A stretch of DNA of 64,000 bases from Podarcis muralis (lineage: Eukaryota), in assembly GCF_964188315.1 (NCBI RefSeq), contig NC_135659.1, positions 50,282,001 through 50,346,000 of the forward strand, given 5' to 3'. Position 1 is the stretch's first letter, and every line of letters begins with the position of its first letter. The notes under the pieces are model-generated. The model was not told where the DNA came from, made no database searches, and was given only the letters and a program-made list of their open reading frames with translations. This document shows positions 40,613 to 53,420 of the stretch, piece after piece. Both the position numbers and the translations under genes were made by a program.

Positions 40613-40958
40613 AAGGTAAAGTTAAAGGGACCCCTGACCATTAGGTCCAGTCATGACCGACTCTGGGGTTGCAGCGCTCATCTCACTTTACTGGCTGAGG
40701 GAGCCGGCATACAGCTTCCGGGTCATGTGGCTAGCACGACTAAGCTGCTTCTGGTGAACCAGAGCAGTGCACGGAAATGCTGTTTACCTTCCCGCTGGAG
40801 TGGTACCTATTTATCTAATTGCACTTTGATGTGCTTTCAAACTGCTAGGTTGGCAGGAGCAGGGACCAAGCAAAGGGAGCTCACCCCATCGCAGGAACTG
40901 CCGACCTTCTGATCGACAAGTCCTAGGCTCTGTGGTTTAACTCACAGCGCCACCTGCT
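40613..40958 (-). mobile_element. Sauria SINE
   Basis: AAGGTAAAG...GGGACCCCTGACCATTAGGTCCAGTC...GGTTTAACTCACAGCGCCACC, reverse of the Sauria SINE as recalled. Confidence 0.85.
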
Positions 40959-42185
40959 GCACCTGCCTGAATCCCTTCTGGAAGCAGGTATATCAGCATT
41001 TGCCAATGTAGCAGGGGTGGGTGGGGTGTTCCAAAACTTTGCTTTCCATGCAGTTGCTGGAAATCTGGCTTTTGTCACTCCCTTCATGACAATACTCCTC
41101 CCTGCTGTCTCTGCAATGCATCTTCCTGCTCATCAATGGTCCTTCATCAAACTGGAGGAAGGATTTGAGTGGGTCAGTTTTGTTAGCTCAACCTCATAGT
41201 AAACAATACTCGGCTTTAGAATTACAAGCGTAAAGCGGATTATTAATATAAGCAAATTAACATTGGGGTTTCCCTCTTGCCCAGCCAAAAGAGGTAGAAA
41301 CAATCCTCCTTATATGCACTGATGTACTGATTAATTGGCCCCTTGGGCCTGGGTAGTAACTCTTACTACCCAGGGAGAAACCTAGGCTAGTGGTTTAACT
41401 GCGAAACATGCAGGCACCTGGGGGAGCATGAACTGACTGGCTGATTAATTGGCCACTAGGGCCTCTCAGCAGCTCTAGCAATGCATATCTGCTCTGGAAA
41501 AGTCTATTTGGATATGCTTACCCAGTTCCATTTTAGTTTTGTGCCTCGAGATTTGGGTCATCTGTCAGAAGAAAAAGGTGACACAAATCCAAAAGCGCAA
41601 AATTTGGAGCAAACCTACACAATTTGTGTAAAGAATGATTGATTGAAACATTTGACTCCAATGTTGACTCCAACATTTCTCCAATGAAAATAGGGACATT
41701 CTAAGGAAAAGTGGAACATTTTGGGATCAAATCAGAAACTGGGACAGCTTCTCTAAATCAGGGACATCCCTGGAAAATAGGGACACTTGGAGGGTCTGAA
41801 CCTGCATCGCTTGGCATCTTTTAGCTTTAATTCCAAGACTGAGTAAGAGTTATGTGTAATCCAAAAGCTTGCTTCCATCATGTTTTCACAACCGGTTGTT
41901 TTAAAACTATATAATTGCATTTTGTGTGTGAGTGCTATGTGGGGTTGATCCAGCTACCAAACACTCTGATCCTCTCAATCCTCAGTTACAGCCTTGGGTT
42001 TATGAGACTGCTGAGAGATCACTGGTGCTTCACAATTTTTATGTTCGGTATATGTCAAATGAAGGTTGGCAGTTCAAAATCTTAAGCCATCTTCCTGATC
42101 TTGCCATGATCAGTTGCAAAATTTGCATTGAACATAACAGGGTCAAGACAACTCCCTAGAAACCTTTCCTCCTAGTGATAGCAGA

Positions 42186-42332
42186 GCTTTGGAAAGGTGG
42201 CATGAGGCTCTGGGAGGGTCCTAGAGTCCTCCCAGCTCCTTCCTAAAGCTGGGAAAGCACTAACTAGGTTTTGGGAAGGAGAAGGGGGGACTCTAGGACC
42301 CTGCCAGAGCCCCCACACCTCCTTTCCAAAGC
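42186..42332. mobile_element. decayed foldback element / MITE
   Basis: imperfect inverted arms GCTTTGGAAAGG...GGTCCTAGAGTCC vs GGACTCTAGGACC...CCTTTCCAAAGC. Confidence 0.65.
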
Positions 42333-43728
42333 CCAGTGCCTCACTTACCTGGCTTTGGGAAGGCAGCATAGTGGCTGCTTTGTGTTGGCCCCTCCTGGCC
42401 TAGAGAGTGCAATCCTGCATTTGGCCTGTAGGCCAGAGCATCTCTACCCCTGAGGCAGGGCTTCCCAATCCCAACATGACTGAGTTGGTTGCCAGGGCAG
42501 AGCTTTCACACAACAGTGGGGGGAAATTATGCTTCATTGTAGGAATCGGCCTAGAGGAGGGCCAAAGTAGAATCAGGAAGTTTTTTTGGCTCTGTTTGGA
42601 ATAACTTTGCTTGGGTTCTTGGTGACAACTTCTCTTCTACAATATCAGTTTTATCCCACAATCAGAAGTCTTTTATCTACTGAATGAATTATGATGGGAC
42701 CATCCAGCAAAGGAATATTAAGTACTCTATGTAGATCAGCCAGCAGAAGAGACTGACTGTATCTAAACAGATTCAGAAACAAAGAGAAGTCTATGTACAT
42801 CAAGAGAACATCGGAGAGCTCTGCAAAGACTAGTTTAGCATAGGTACACCAGCACCCTGTGAACAATACAAGTCTCATAGCAACAGGCACAACAGGGACT
42901 TTTCAGGGGGAAAACCAAAAAAGTGGTGTGCAGAAAAAGGGGAAACAAGCCCAGAGGAACTTCCCCTTTCAGGATGTGACCGAGGAAATAGCTGTTAGGT
43001 AGTGACAGACAATTCCTGGATGGGAACTTATGAAACATTCTGAGATGGAAGCACTTGCTGCAAGTGGCATTGGAATCTTTCCTGGAGGAATTACTGAACG
43101 GGTGAAGTGGGAACCTGGAATATGATGAGGCTGAGAGTTGTGAGTCTGTCCCACAGGTGTGTCAGTGACCTAGAGATACAGAACTGTTTGCAAGTCATCC
43201 CAACAGTGCAAATGACTGAGGCAGCAACACACAATGTACCTTTAAAGAAGCAAGCACCACATCTTCATACCTAATGCCCAATGAAGTCTTAGGATGCTTT
43301 CCTGGCCTCTGCATCACTGCATTTCCAAAGGGGCCAATCTGCTCACCCAAATTATGTGTTCTTTATCCTTCTAGCATGAATCAAGAGGAGCAAGAGGGTC
43401 TGAATTTTTATCTTGGAAGTTGGTAGCTCTGTAGATTATAATTTCTTCTGTCCTAGTTGAGATAATCCACTCCTGGAGCACTGCACCTTCCATTTCTCTA
43501 TTCTTCATCTCAACACCACCGGCTTCTTGTCTCAGTGTTTTAGGCCCAGCATATGGGTAGAGGTGGTGGCATAATTATTTATATGCAGGGTCTGATGTTG
43601 AGAGGGTCTCAACTCTGCCTGTTACTCACAACACAACTGATGTGCTGTCATTTGTATCTGAGACTATTGGTTACAGCTAGGTAACTTTAAACTCTGTACC
43701 TAGTGACTTGTATCCAATGCAGCACTAA

Positions 43729-44637
43729 GTCTTCTTCTTTGAGTAAGATTGTCTTCCATGAACATGGTCTTAACAGTGAGTCCATAAGTGACTGTAGAGG
43801 CCAATTCTGGATCCACACGTCCTTCCAGAGTGGGGACATAGGTTTCCGGGTGGGAGTTGATCACGGTGAGTTTTCCATATGTGCCTTCTTCTTAGCATGT
43901 TTCTCCCTTTTGTCCTGAGTTTGAGTGTCTTCAAAGTTCATGACACCTTTGGTAAAGGCTGTTCTCCAATTGGAGCGCTCACAGGCCAGTGTTTCCCAGT
44001 TGTCTGTGTTTATACTACATTTTAAAAGATTTGTCCTGAGAGTCTTTAAACCTCTTTTGTTTGACCACCAGCATTACGCTTCCCATTTTTAACTTTGGAA
44101 TAGAGTAGCTGCTTTGAAAGACGATAATCAGGCATCCGAATAACGTGACCAGTCCAACAAAGTTGATGTTGAAGAATCATTGCTTCGACACTGGTGATCT
44201 TTGCTTCTTCCAGTACGCTTGTCTTCCCAAGTGATATGTAAATTTTTTTCGGAGACACTGTTGATGGAATCTTTCAAGGAGCTGGAGATGGCATTTATAA
44301 GTGGTCCATGTTACACAAGCATACAGTAAGGTTGGTAGTACAATAGCTTTGTAAACAAGCATTTTGGTTCCCCTGCGAATGTCCCACTCCTCAAACACTC
44401 TGTACTTCATTCAAGAGAAAGAAACCTTGTGGAAAGGTAACTGCCCAGGTAGGAGAAGTGACCAACATTTCCCAATATTTCACCATTGAGTTGGATTTGT
44501 GGCACTACAGAGGGGTTGTTTTGTGCTTGTTGGTGCAGCACTTTGGTTTTTTGGGGATGTTGAGCGGTAGGTCAAGCTTTTCATAGGCTTCTGTGAAGAT
44601 ATTTAGGATGGCTTGGAGGTCATCCTCTCAGTGTGCA
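43729..44637 (-). mobile_element. RTE-clade LINE 3' portion (not BovB)
   Basis: frameshifted RT tail (KMLVYKAIVLPTLLYAC; QLCWTGHVIRMPDYRL), C-terminal zinc-knuckle relic LCPHSGRTCGSRIGLYSHL, (GAA)n tail. Confidence 0.88.
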
Positions 44638-45154
44638 TTGGTGTTATGCTCCTCTCACTCTGCAGAGGAGTCCCCTGGGCTTCTGCCCCAAAGTCACGGC
44701 CCAAGACTGCAGCTTTGGTGAGGACTCTTGTGTTTGCTTGGCTAGGGTAGGGAGGTGACATTTCGAAACAAGCCTAAGATAAGGAGATGACATTTCCAAA
44801 CACAGGTGAAGCAAGAGCATGGGCAGTTTTTGCTAAACAGGTCCTTCCAGACGTGCAGGGGTAAGGTCCAATGTCTGGCCATGACCTCTCCCCCATGAAG
44901 AAGCTGCCTGCACATTATTGTTGTGTCACTCACAATTGTTAGGGGATCACATAACCTCCTGCTGCTTTGTTGTTTCAATCAGTTATAGCTTCAGGTCTCC
45001 TGAGCTGAACATGGTAATGTTATGCCGATTTGGATATAAGATACCTTTAAAATAATATCTAGGTTGCATGGTGAAAACTTCAATGAAGTGCTTTCTTTAT
45101 GTACAGGTGAGGCCTATGGTCCTGCAGTTCTGTTATGCCAGGGCTATTGCCAAC

Positions 45155-45350
45155 ATTTATTATTTAATTTATATACCACCATTTCCTCCAAGGAGCTCAA
45201 GTGGTGTACATGAATTTCTGTTCACTGTTTTATTCTCGCAACAACCTTCTGAGGTAGGTTAGCCTGAGAGACAGCGACTGGCCTAAGGTTACCCAGTGCG
45301 CTTCATGGCTGAGTAAGGATTCGAGCGCTGGTCTTCCAGGTCACAGTTCA
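45155..45350 (-). mobile_element. squamate SINE fragment
   Basis: ACAACCTTCTGAGGTAGGTTAG...GGCCTAAGGTTACCCAG...GGATTCGAGCGCTGG (reverse B box). Confidence 0.6.
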
Positions 45351-45374
45351 AAATAATAACAATAATTTTAATTA

Positions 45375-45690
45375 TAAATTTCTTATACCCCACCCATCTG
45401 ACTGGGGGGGGGGAGGGCAAAACAACAACATTAAAACATTAAAAGCTTCCTGAAACAGGGATACTTTCAGATGTCTTCTAAAAGTCAAATAGTTGTTTAT
45501 CTATTTGACCTCTGATGGGAGGGTGTTCCACAGAGAAAGTCCTGTGCCTGGTTCCCTGTAGCTTAACATCTCACAGTGAGGGAACCGCAAGAAGGCCCTC
45601 GGAGCTGGACCTCAGTGTCCAGGCTGAATGATGGGGGTGGAGATGCTCCTTCAGGTATACTGGGCCAAAGCCGTGTAGGGCTTTAACATT
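45375..45690 (-). mobile_element. L2 LINE 3' fragment
   Basis: GATGGGAGGGTGTTCCACAG...TCCTTCAGGTATACTGGGCCAAAGCCGTGTAGGGCTTTAA typical of a reverse L2 end. Confidence 0.7.
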
Positions 45691-46477
45691 ACACCACACC
45701 GGTCTCACATAACATAGCTTGAAAGCTTATCCCTAGGCACTAAAACTTATCCCTAGGCACTACCTTATATTGGCAGTGTCCTGCGAGCAGTAGGGTTCCA
45801 CTGGCAATAGGATACCACAGATATAAGGATGTCACTGTGTGTATTCACTGGTACAATTTCTGACTTTCCTAGCACACACGCACACCAGTAGTAATCCTCT
45901 CCTCATTTAGTGAGCATTACTTGAGATAGAATTGTCTTGTGAGATGCTTTACTTAAGAACATTCCGCCTTTCTTCGTTTGTAATATATATATAGGTATAT
46001 TATGTTAGACTATCGTTCCTATTCGTAAGTGAAATATTGTTTCTCATTCATCAGCCTCCGTTTTGTCTGCCCTTCTGAGCAATAGGTCCCTAAGAAATGA
46101 TTCCCACCCCCAAAACATGTCATAGCAAATCCTTCAGCCAAAGACACTTTTAAAATGCGATTGTTTCCAAGTTGTAAATAATAATTTAAAATCTGAATTT
46201 TGAGGAGGAAATAACAATTTCACCGTTTCTATCAGCTGATCTGCATAACACTGCCTCGTTTTCCCCCTACTGGTGAGAATGATACAGTACAATCTGATTT
46301 TGTGCCTACACATTAGGTATGTGTAGATAGATATACAACTGGTTCATAATACTGACCCATGTAATTTACCTTGCAGGTGTGTATGGTCAGAGGCATGGTT
46401 GTACTGAACTGCACTATATCAGGAATAGTAATGCTATTGATTCCTCCTGTGCTATAAATAAAATTTGAGCCCACTCT

Positions 46478-46608
46478 CATGGGTGTAGCCAATGGGGGCA
46501 GGAGAAGCACCTGCTCCCCTAAATTAATACAAATCAATACAAATATGAGGTTCTTTCTCCCCCTAACAGAAGCCTGCCCCCCAAACAAAAATCCTGACTA
46601 CGCCCATG
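46478..46608. mobile_element. hAT-type MITE
   Basis: TIRs CATGGGTGTAGCCA / TGACTACGCCCATG; 8-bp TSD CCCACTCT/CCCACTTT. Confidence 0.8.
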
Positions 46609-48210
46609 CCCACTTTGGTAGTTTTAAAAATCCCTGTAAAAATATTTGGAGATCCGAATTAACCTTGGGGGTTGAAGAAAGGGCTTGTCCACACCAGAGT
46701 ACAATGTGGACCCCATCCCAGTGTTATATCACTCCCAAGGGCATACTTGGGGTTTGGCCAGGTTGGCTACTGCCAAGCATGCAGGCCCGGGGGGGGGGGG
46801 GTTGTGCCTCTCCCCTCTGACTTGGAGCCCGCCTGCCCTCCTGCACACTCCCCTTGAAAAAGCCCTTTTAAATGCAGGCTTTTCAATTCTGGCTATTTCA
46901 GACTTTACAGGTTGAAGCCATTACCCACAATTTTTTCCCCTCTATACCCATGTGTATACATATATACGTGTCTACTTAGGATTTCACTTTATGCATTTAA
47001 TATTGTGGAATCTAGTCCATGAACGTTTATGCCCTAATAAATTTGTTAGATTTTTAAGGCACCACAAGACTCCTCATTGCTTTCACAATGTGTTATCATC
47101 TTCTATTGTCCGCACATGAAGCCGGTCTTAAAAGGAAAGCTACAGGGACCTGATGAGAAGCTGGCAACCCTAGCAAAAAATCTCATGTTTGTCAAAGACG
47201 TTGTCACCCTCACCCCAGGATTTGTTTGCCTTGGAAACAAAGATTGCAGGAACGCATCCATTCCCACAACAGATATCAAAAGACAGGAAACCGCTAAGCT
47301 CCATTTGCCTTCCACATCCTAAACCCGTCCCATGCTGTAATTTATCTGGGTGTTTGCAATTAATTAGCTACACCACACAGAAGTGTGACTTTTGCTAGAC
47401 TTGCTCAAAATGAATCTCATCTGGGAAGAAAGGAGCAAGCAAAGTTCTGTACAATCCTTTGATTGGTCAGCAGAGGGCAGTGCCTTCCTGTCATTAATAT
47501 TGCTCATTCATTGCTGGGTGGAAACTTGGTACAGTATTTGCTTCCTGTGCTTTGGGACTGGGTCAGCAGCAACCCCTGGTGGAAATATATTGCAAAAAGT
47601 TTTCAGGTGGAAATATTTTAGAAATATTTTTTCTCCATCATCAGAAACAGATAATAAAACACAATTACACCTTTAACCCAACCCAGTACAGTAACAGCTT
47701 ATTCCTTTCAAGCAAGCCTCAGTCTGTCAGAATCTCTAAAGGCCTTCTTGATCTTTGGTGCACAATTGTAGTCAGTTCTGTATCCAAATAGCTTACCTGG
47801 TCCCCACACTTGCATGCCTAATATGATGGGTTTCAGACATATTTAAGCCAGGATTACAAACCTCAGTACCAGAGCTACATTACCCAAAGGCCTTGTTCAT
47901 TCTTTCCTTTGTGCCACTGCAGCACAAGCAGCTTTCAAAGACACAGAGACCGTTCAAAATAATTCCTACACATCACCACAAACATGCAAAAAGCACAAAT
48001 TAGCAGCATTTCAAAAACCATTGCCAAAACTTGCAGGAAGGATCCCTGCAGCAAATCAGTACCCAGAATCAGAAACCTCCACCTGCATGGCTCTTTGTCT
48101 TGGGATTTCACAGAGTTCTCAGTAGACCAACAGCTACTTCAGGGCTCAAATCACAGGGCACATCACAGCTATCTCTGCCCTCAAAACTTAGGCTTTATCC
48201 TTCTAACTAT

Positions 48211-48848
48211 TTACAGGTAGGTAGCCGTGTTGGTCTGGTGTAGTCGAAACAAAATAAAAAAATTCCTTCCAGTAGCACCTTTTGTTGTTGTTTAGTCGTT
48301 TAGTCGTGTCCGACTCTTCGTGACCCCATGGACCAGAGCACGCGAGGCACTCCTGTCTTCCACTGCCTCCCGCAGTTTGGTCAGACTCATGTTTGTAGCT
48401 TCGAGAACACTGTCCAACCATCTCGTCCTCTGTCGTCCCCTTCTCCTTGTGCCCTCCATCTTTCCCAACATCAGGGTCTTTTCCAGGGAGTCTTCTCTTC
48501 TCATGAGGTGGCCAAAGTATTGAAGCCTCAGCTTCACGATCTGTCCTTCCAGTGAGCACTCAGGGCTGATTTCCTTAAGAATGGATACGTTTGATCTTCT
48601 TGCAGTCCATGGGACTCTCAAGAGCACCATAATTCAAAAGCATCAATTCTTCAGCGATCAGCCTTCTTTATGGTCCAGCTCTCGCTTCCATACATCACTA
48701 CTGGGAAAACCATGGCTTTTACAATACGGACCTTAGTAGCACCTTAGAGACCAACTAAGTTTGTCATTGGTGTGAGCTTTCGTGTGCATGCACACTTCTG
48801 AAGAAGTTGGTCTCTAAGATGCTACTGGAAGGAATTTTTAAATTTTGT
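48211..48848. mobile_element. Penelope-like terminal remnant split by BovB, 13-bp TSD
   Basis: PLE text 48211-48281 and 48735-48848; TSD TCCTTCTAACTAT 48198-48210 and 48849-48861. Confidence 0.85.
48282..48734 (-). mobile_element. BovB 3' fragment with 11-bp TSD
   Basis: TSD AGTAGCACCTT 48271-48281 and 48735-48745; (CAA)n tail. Confidence 0.93.
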
Positions 48849-51800
48849 TCCTTCTAACTATATTAGAGCTGGAGAAAAGGCCCCACTCATTTGCCAATCT
48901 GGCACAGAGCCCCCCTCTTCTTTGCTCTCTTAATTACCCTTTCCTTTTCCTTTTCCTTTTCCCTTTCCTTTCCCTTTCCTTTATGGCTCATCACCCAGGC
49001 AATTACCTGAAGCTAGCCTGGCTTCATTTTAACACTTGTTGGTTCCAGGGGTTGGAAGGGGTCTCATCTCGTAACATTATGAACCTGCTTCTTCAGGCAG
49101 TGTGAGAAAAATTGCATTCAGAAAAGGTATCTCCTCAAGTGTTTCACTGAGTGGCCATTATTTTGTGTTATTATTACATATTTAAATGGCTGAGCTACCT
49201 TCCATTTCCCTCCATACAGGTCTGTAGATTGCATGCTGTAATAAACACACTTCACCTAGCATCCTCCAGATATTTTGGACTATGACTCCCATCAGTCCCA
49301 GTCAGCACCTGCTGGCTGCAGTTGATGGAGGGTGTGGTCTATTGGAGGGTGCCAGGATGGCAAAGGCTGCTATAATTGCATGAGTTTTCCCACTAAGTTA
49401 GCTGAATAGAAGAGTGAGGTGTCCAGAAAAGGGAAAATAGCCGTATTCACACTGCTTTCTGACCCAGGTGTGGAGAACTGAGATAGAGCAATAGTTTGGA
49501 AATTGGGATCACTTCCAGACAGCTTGATTACAGAGCATTCATTCTTGTTTGTTTGTATACAGGTTAGATGGTTCAATCAAGTGTTAGCCAGTACATTTCT
49601 CCCATCACTTTCCCTATAGCAAAAAGTCTGATTTCCTGAGGAAGTGTGATTGTTGCACAAGAGTTCCAAATCAACTGCAATTGGCTAGCCTGAATTTAGC
49701 AGTAAGTGGTTGAATCCCCCTGGAAAATAGCTGTCTAGAAGCACCCAGACTCCATGCAGGTGGGAGGTTCTCTGAGAACTGAACAAACTTCAGACAACAA
49801 AAGTTAAGGTCAAGTGGCTCTCTACAGATAATTTTCCTTCTGCTTACACTAAACACAGTGGCAAGGGTGATAGACACAGGGACTTTTAAATAGTTCTATC
49901 ATTTCCAATGACTGTGTCGTTGCAACAAAACCAGCACAGGTTTAGACTATTCTCTTAAAGGATATTTGCATGGTCAGGGCAAAGGAGGACAGGGCCTCTG
50001 TGGTGCAGAAGCAGGGATGTTGGCCAATGCAACTGGTAAGGCACTTGACAATGTGCTTTTCCTTTGCCTCTAGGTGGCATAAAGTATTGTACAGTTGCAT
50101 CTGGCACTTTTAGGCCAGTGTTTCTACGTATAACTGGAAAAGCAGGAACATTCCCTAGAACATGTGCATACTTTTGCTTCTGGGGTGTTCTGAAGTACTG
50201 ATACTGGAAAGCTGTCTCTGCGAACGCCACAACCCCCACTTGCCTTGTGCGGTCACTTGAAAGCCATGCAGATGGGTAGGGACCCAACACACGCTAAAGA
50301 TCACAGCACAAATGGATTGTAGAAATTGGATGTACTGCATCGACAGACACATAAAACCACCACTCCCATTGGCACCATGAAGAAGTTGGTTTGGTATTAC
50401 AACATGTCTGCAGGGACAAACAATGCTGTCATCCTCCTCCTCCCCCGCCACCATGTGAAAGCAGACAGTGATGAAAGAGAAGCCATAACTGGTCCTTCAC
50501 CCGTGGTATGAATAGCTTCGCAGTAGACACGATAAACATCCATACCAGCAAGCTGGTTCAACCACTAGACTTGCCTTACTTAGGATTCAGGTAGATTGCC
50601 TGCTTTGTTCTACAAAACTTTCTCTTTCTTTCTTTCTTCATGTTATATTAAACAGCTAAAAAAATGCTCTGGCGACTGGGGAGGGTGGTGTATTGATGAT
50701 GTTATAAAAACTAGCCAACTGGTGCTTCCCCCACCCCCACCTGGCTTTTCCCCACTTCTGTACTCTCTCCCTTCTGACCCAGTCTGCACAAATTGCTCAG
50801 AGGGGAGAGCGCAAGAGAAGTGGAGGAGGCTGCTCTGTGTCCTCTTTCTTGCATTGCTCAGAGAGGGTAGGTGAACCGACAGCGACACTGCAGAGGAGGG
50901 CCATGAGGCCTGGAGTGTGGCAGTGGGCTTGCAGCAGGGATGTGGGCCTTGTCAGGTGCCCAGTAACTCCTGTCTCTGATGCAAGTCCAGATTCTGTAGG
51001 AGATAAGTTATCAGTGGGGTGCCCACGGGTACCTGTGTGCCCACCAGCAAAGGCCATGATACCCACAAAAGGTCTTAGTAAATATCCCCTCAAAAATCTA
51101 CAGTGCAGAAGAAGTTGCTATTCCTGCTTAGTTTCTGTTTGCCTTGGCTCAGCCTCTCTTACATTGAATATGTCATTGGATGCTAAAGCTGGATACCCCT
51201 CCCTCCTAGTCTCAGGTGCAAAGAGTTTCCTTCTGGATTCACAGAATAGTGGCTGGTGTAGGTGCCTTCCGGCCCACTGCCACCACAACTGATGGGAACA
51301 TGCAATCTTGTGGCAGCATCTTTTTCTGCATTTTTAGATGTGGCAGTCGTATATTTTTTTATGCCACAGCCTCATGGCAGCCATTCTGTGACTGGTGTCC
51401 ACAACACTTTCTCAAAGCTCCAAATGTGTCCATTGCCCCCCCCCCCAAAGATTGTCAATCTCTGCTATAGTATATTAGATGACAAGGTGCATTGATTCCC
51501 CATATCTTCAGACATGAGCATCATGGGGGAAAGTCACAAAGGAAAACAGGTGTGCCCAATTTTTTGTGTGACTTTATATGCCCAGGATCTGGTTTGAGAG
51601 GCAAAACTGCACATGGAAGAAACATATCCTGAAGGATGCTAAGCAAGATGCTGGGCAGAATCTAAATATCAGCATATAAACTGGAAGCAGGGTAGCTCCA
51701 GTAATTTCTTATCTCTCATTTGTTTTATTCTTTGAACAGTAAATAACAATGCTCTTTTCTACACAATTTTATTTTGCACATATATTTTTTTAGTTTTTGG

Positions 51801-51944
51801 GGTTGTTTTAACCAGCAAACAAATAAAGGAAATGGACTCTCATCTGCAGACATCAAGTGTATTTTGAAATGAGTTCCACTTACATAGAAAAGTATAGCTA
51901 TTCTCCTCCGCACTCTCACACATGATATTTGCCTTCAATGTATA

Positions 51945-52186
51945 CAGTGGTACCTCGGGTTACATACGCTTCAGGTTACATACGTTTCAGGTTACAGACT
52001 CCGCTAACCCAGAAATAGTGCTTCAGGTTAAGAACTTTGCTTCAGGATGAGAACAGAAATCGTGCTCTGGCAGCGCAGCAGCAGCAGGAGGCCCCATTAG
52101 CTAAGGTGGTGCTTCAGGTTAAGAACAGTTTCAGGTTAAGAACAGACCTCCGGAACGAATTAAGTACTTAACCCGAAGTACCACTG
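51945..52186 (+). mobile_element. Tc1/mariner MITE family A copy 4
   Basis: TA-CAGTGGTACCTCGGGT...CCCGAAGTACCACTG-TA. Confidence 0.9.
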
Positions 52187-53261
52187 TACATACATTTTTG
52201 TATCTACTGGGCATGCCCAATAGGCAATTCTGAGATTCTACACAGCAGAGAAAAAGAAGCCACATACACAATGTAATTCGTACACTTTGGCTACATATAT
52301 ATCATGTCTGGAGTATGGAGGAGCTAATTCGCATATATATGCCATGCAGGATTCTACCCACAAGTTTCAAAGTGTTAACCCAACTTACCGTATTTTTGGG
52401 TGCTTTCGTGTTTAAAATTGTTTCCTTACAAAGAGGAACCTCCTCCAGATGGCCCCATAGTACTGTTGCCATGGCAGTTTGTGTTGTTGCTTCAGTGTAC
52501 TTTTTAAGGGACAAAATAACTATTTCCAGTCGCCAGAACAAACAAAAGGACAGAAAAAACTGGGTAGGAAAATGGTGTGATACCTAGTAACTCACCCACT
52601 ATTCCAAACCCACCTGAATTCCTCGGGGTGGGGGTGGGGCAAAAATAGCCATAGGACAATTAAAACAGAGGAAGAGAAGTGCTGGCTACATTTTCCATTC
52701 TAATATGAAAACAAATGCAAACATCTGGAAAATAAATTCAGGGGAGATGGTAAGTTGCGTGGGGAAGACTTTAAAGAGCTTCTTTTAAATTTGTCTACCT
52801 GTTTAACTAATAAGTTATTTAAAACAGAGTTTCCAACTGACACCCCTCCCAAGTACCTGATCTATTATTGTGTGGCAGGAGTAACTTGATCTGTGAATAA
52901 ATAAGCATGTGAAGCTTTAAGGTGTGGAGATGAACATCATCACCAGCTAATATTTCCACACCAAACTGCTCTTAAAGGCACTGTTACAAAGGTGTTTGGA
53001 AAAGTTGGAAGCCCTGCTGAAAAGAGCAGATAATTTAGTTTTGTTTTAAAGCTGCATTGGCAATTGCAATAAGTTTGCATTCAATATCTTGAAGCAAGAG
53101 AGTTTTTATTAAATAGAAGTTAAAACAACTAGTTTTCCGCCTTCAGCTGGTCAGGCTCCACCCACTCATAGATTCTCCAGGGATCATCTTCCAACTCCCA
53201 CCCCAGTGTTTCTTATACGGAAAAGTCTCTCAATTACTACAATCACCACAGTCATCATATG

Positions 53262-53420
53262 CAGTGGCGTAGCGTGGGGGGTGCAGGGGGGGCCGGCCGC
53301 ACCGGGCGCAACATCTGGGGGTTAGGGCAAATCCACGGGTTAGGGGGCGCAAATCCACGGGTCAGGGGGCGCAAATTACTTGCCTTGCCCCGGGTGCTGA
53401 CAACCCACGCTACGCCACTG
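53262..53420. mobile_element. hAT-type MITE with perfect TIR and TSD
   Basis: 17-bp TIR CAGTGGCGTAGCGTGGG; 8-bp TSD ATCATATG 53254-53261 and 53421-53428. Confidence 0.9.

Noticed and set aside
42600-43180. Purine-rich, coding-like stretch (e.g. HLLQVALESFLEELLNG*SGNLEYDEAESCESVPQ)
   Set aside because: Stops in all frames, no consistent splice sites and no family I can recognise; needs tblastx before any claim.
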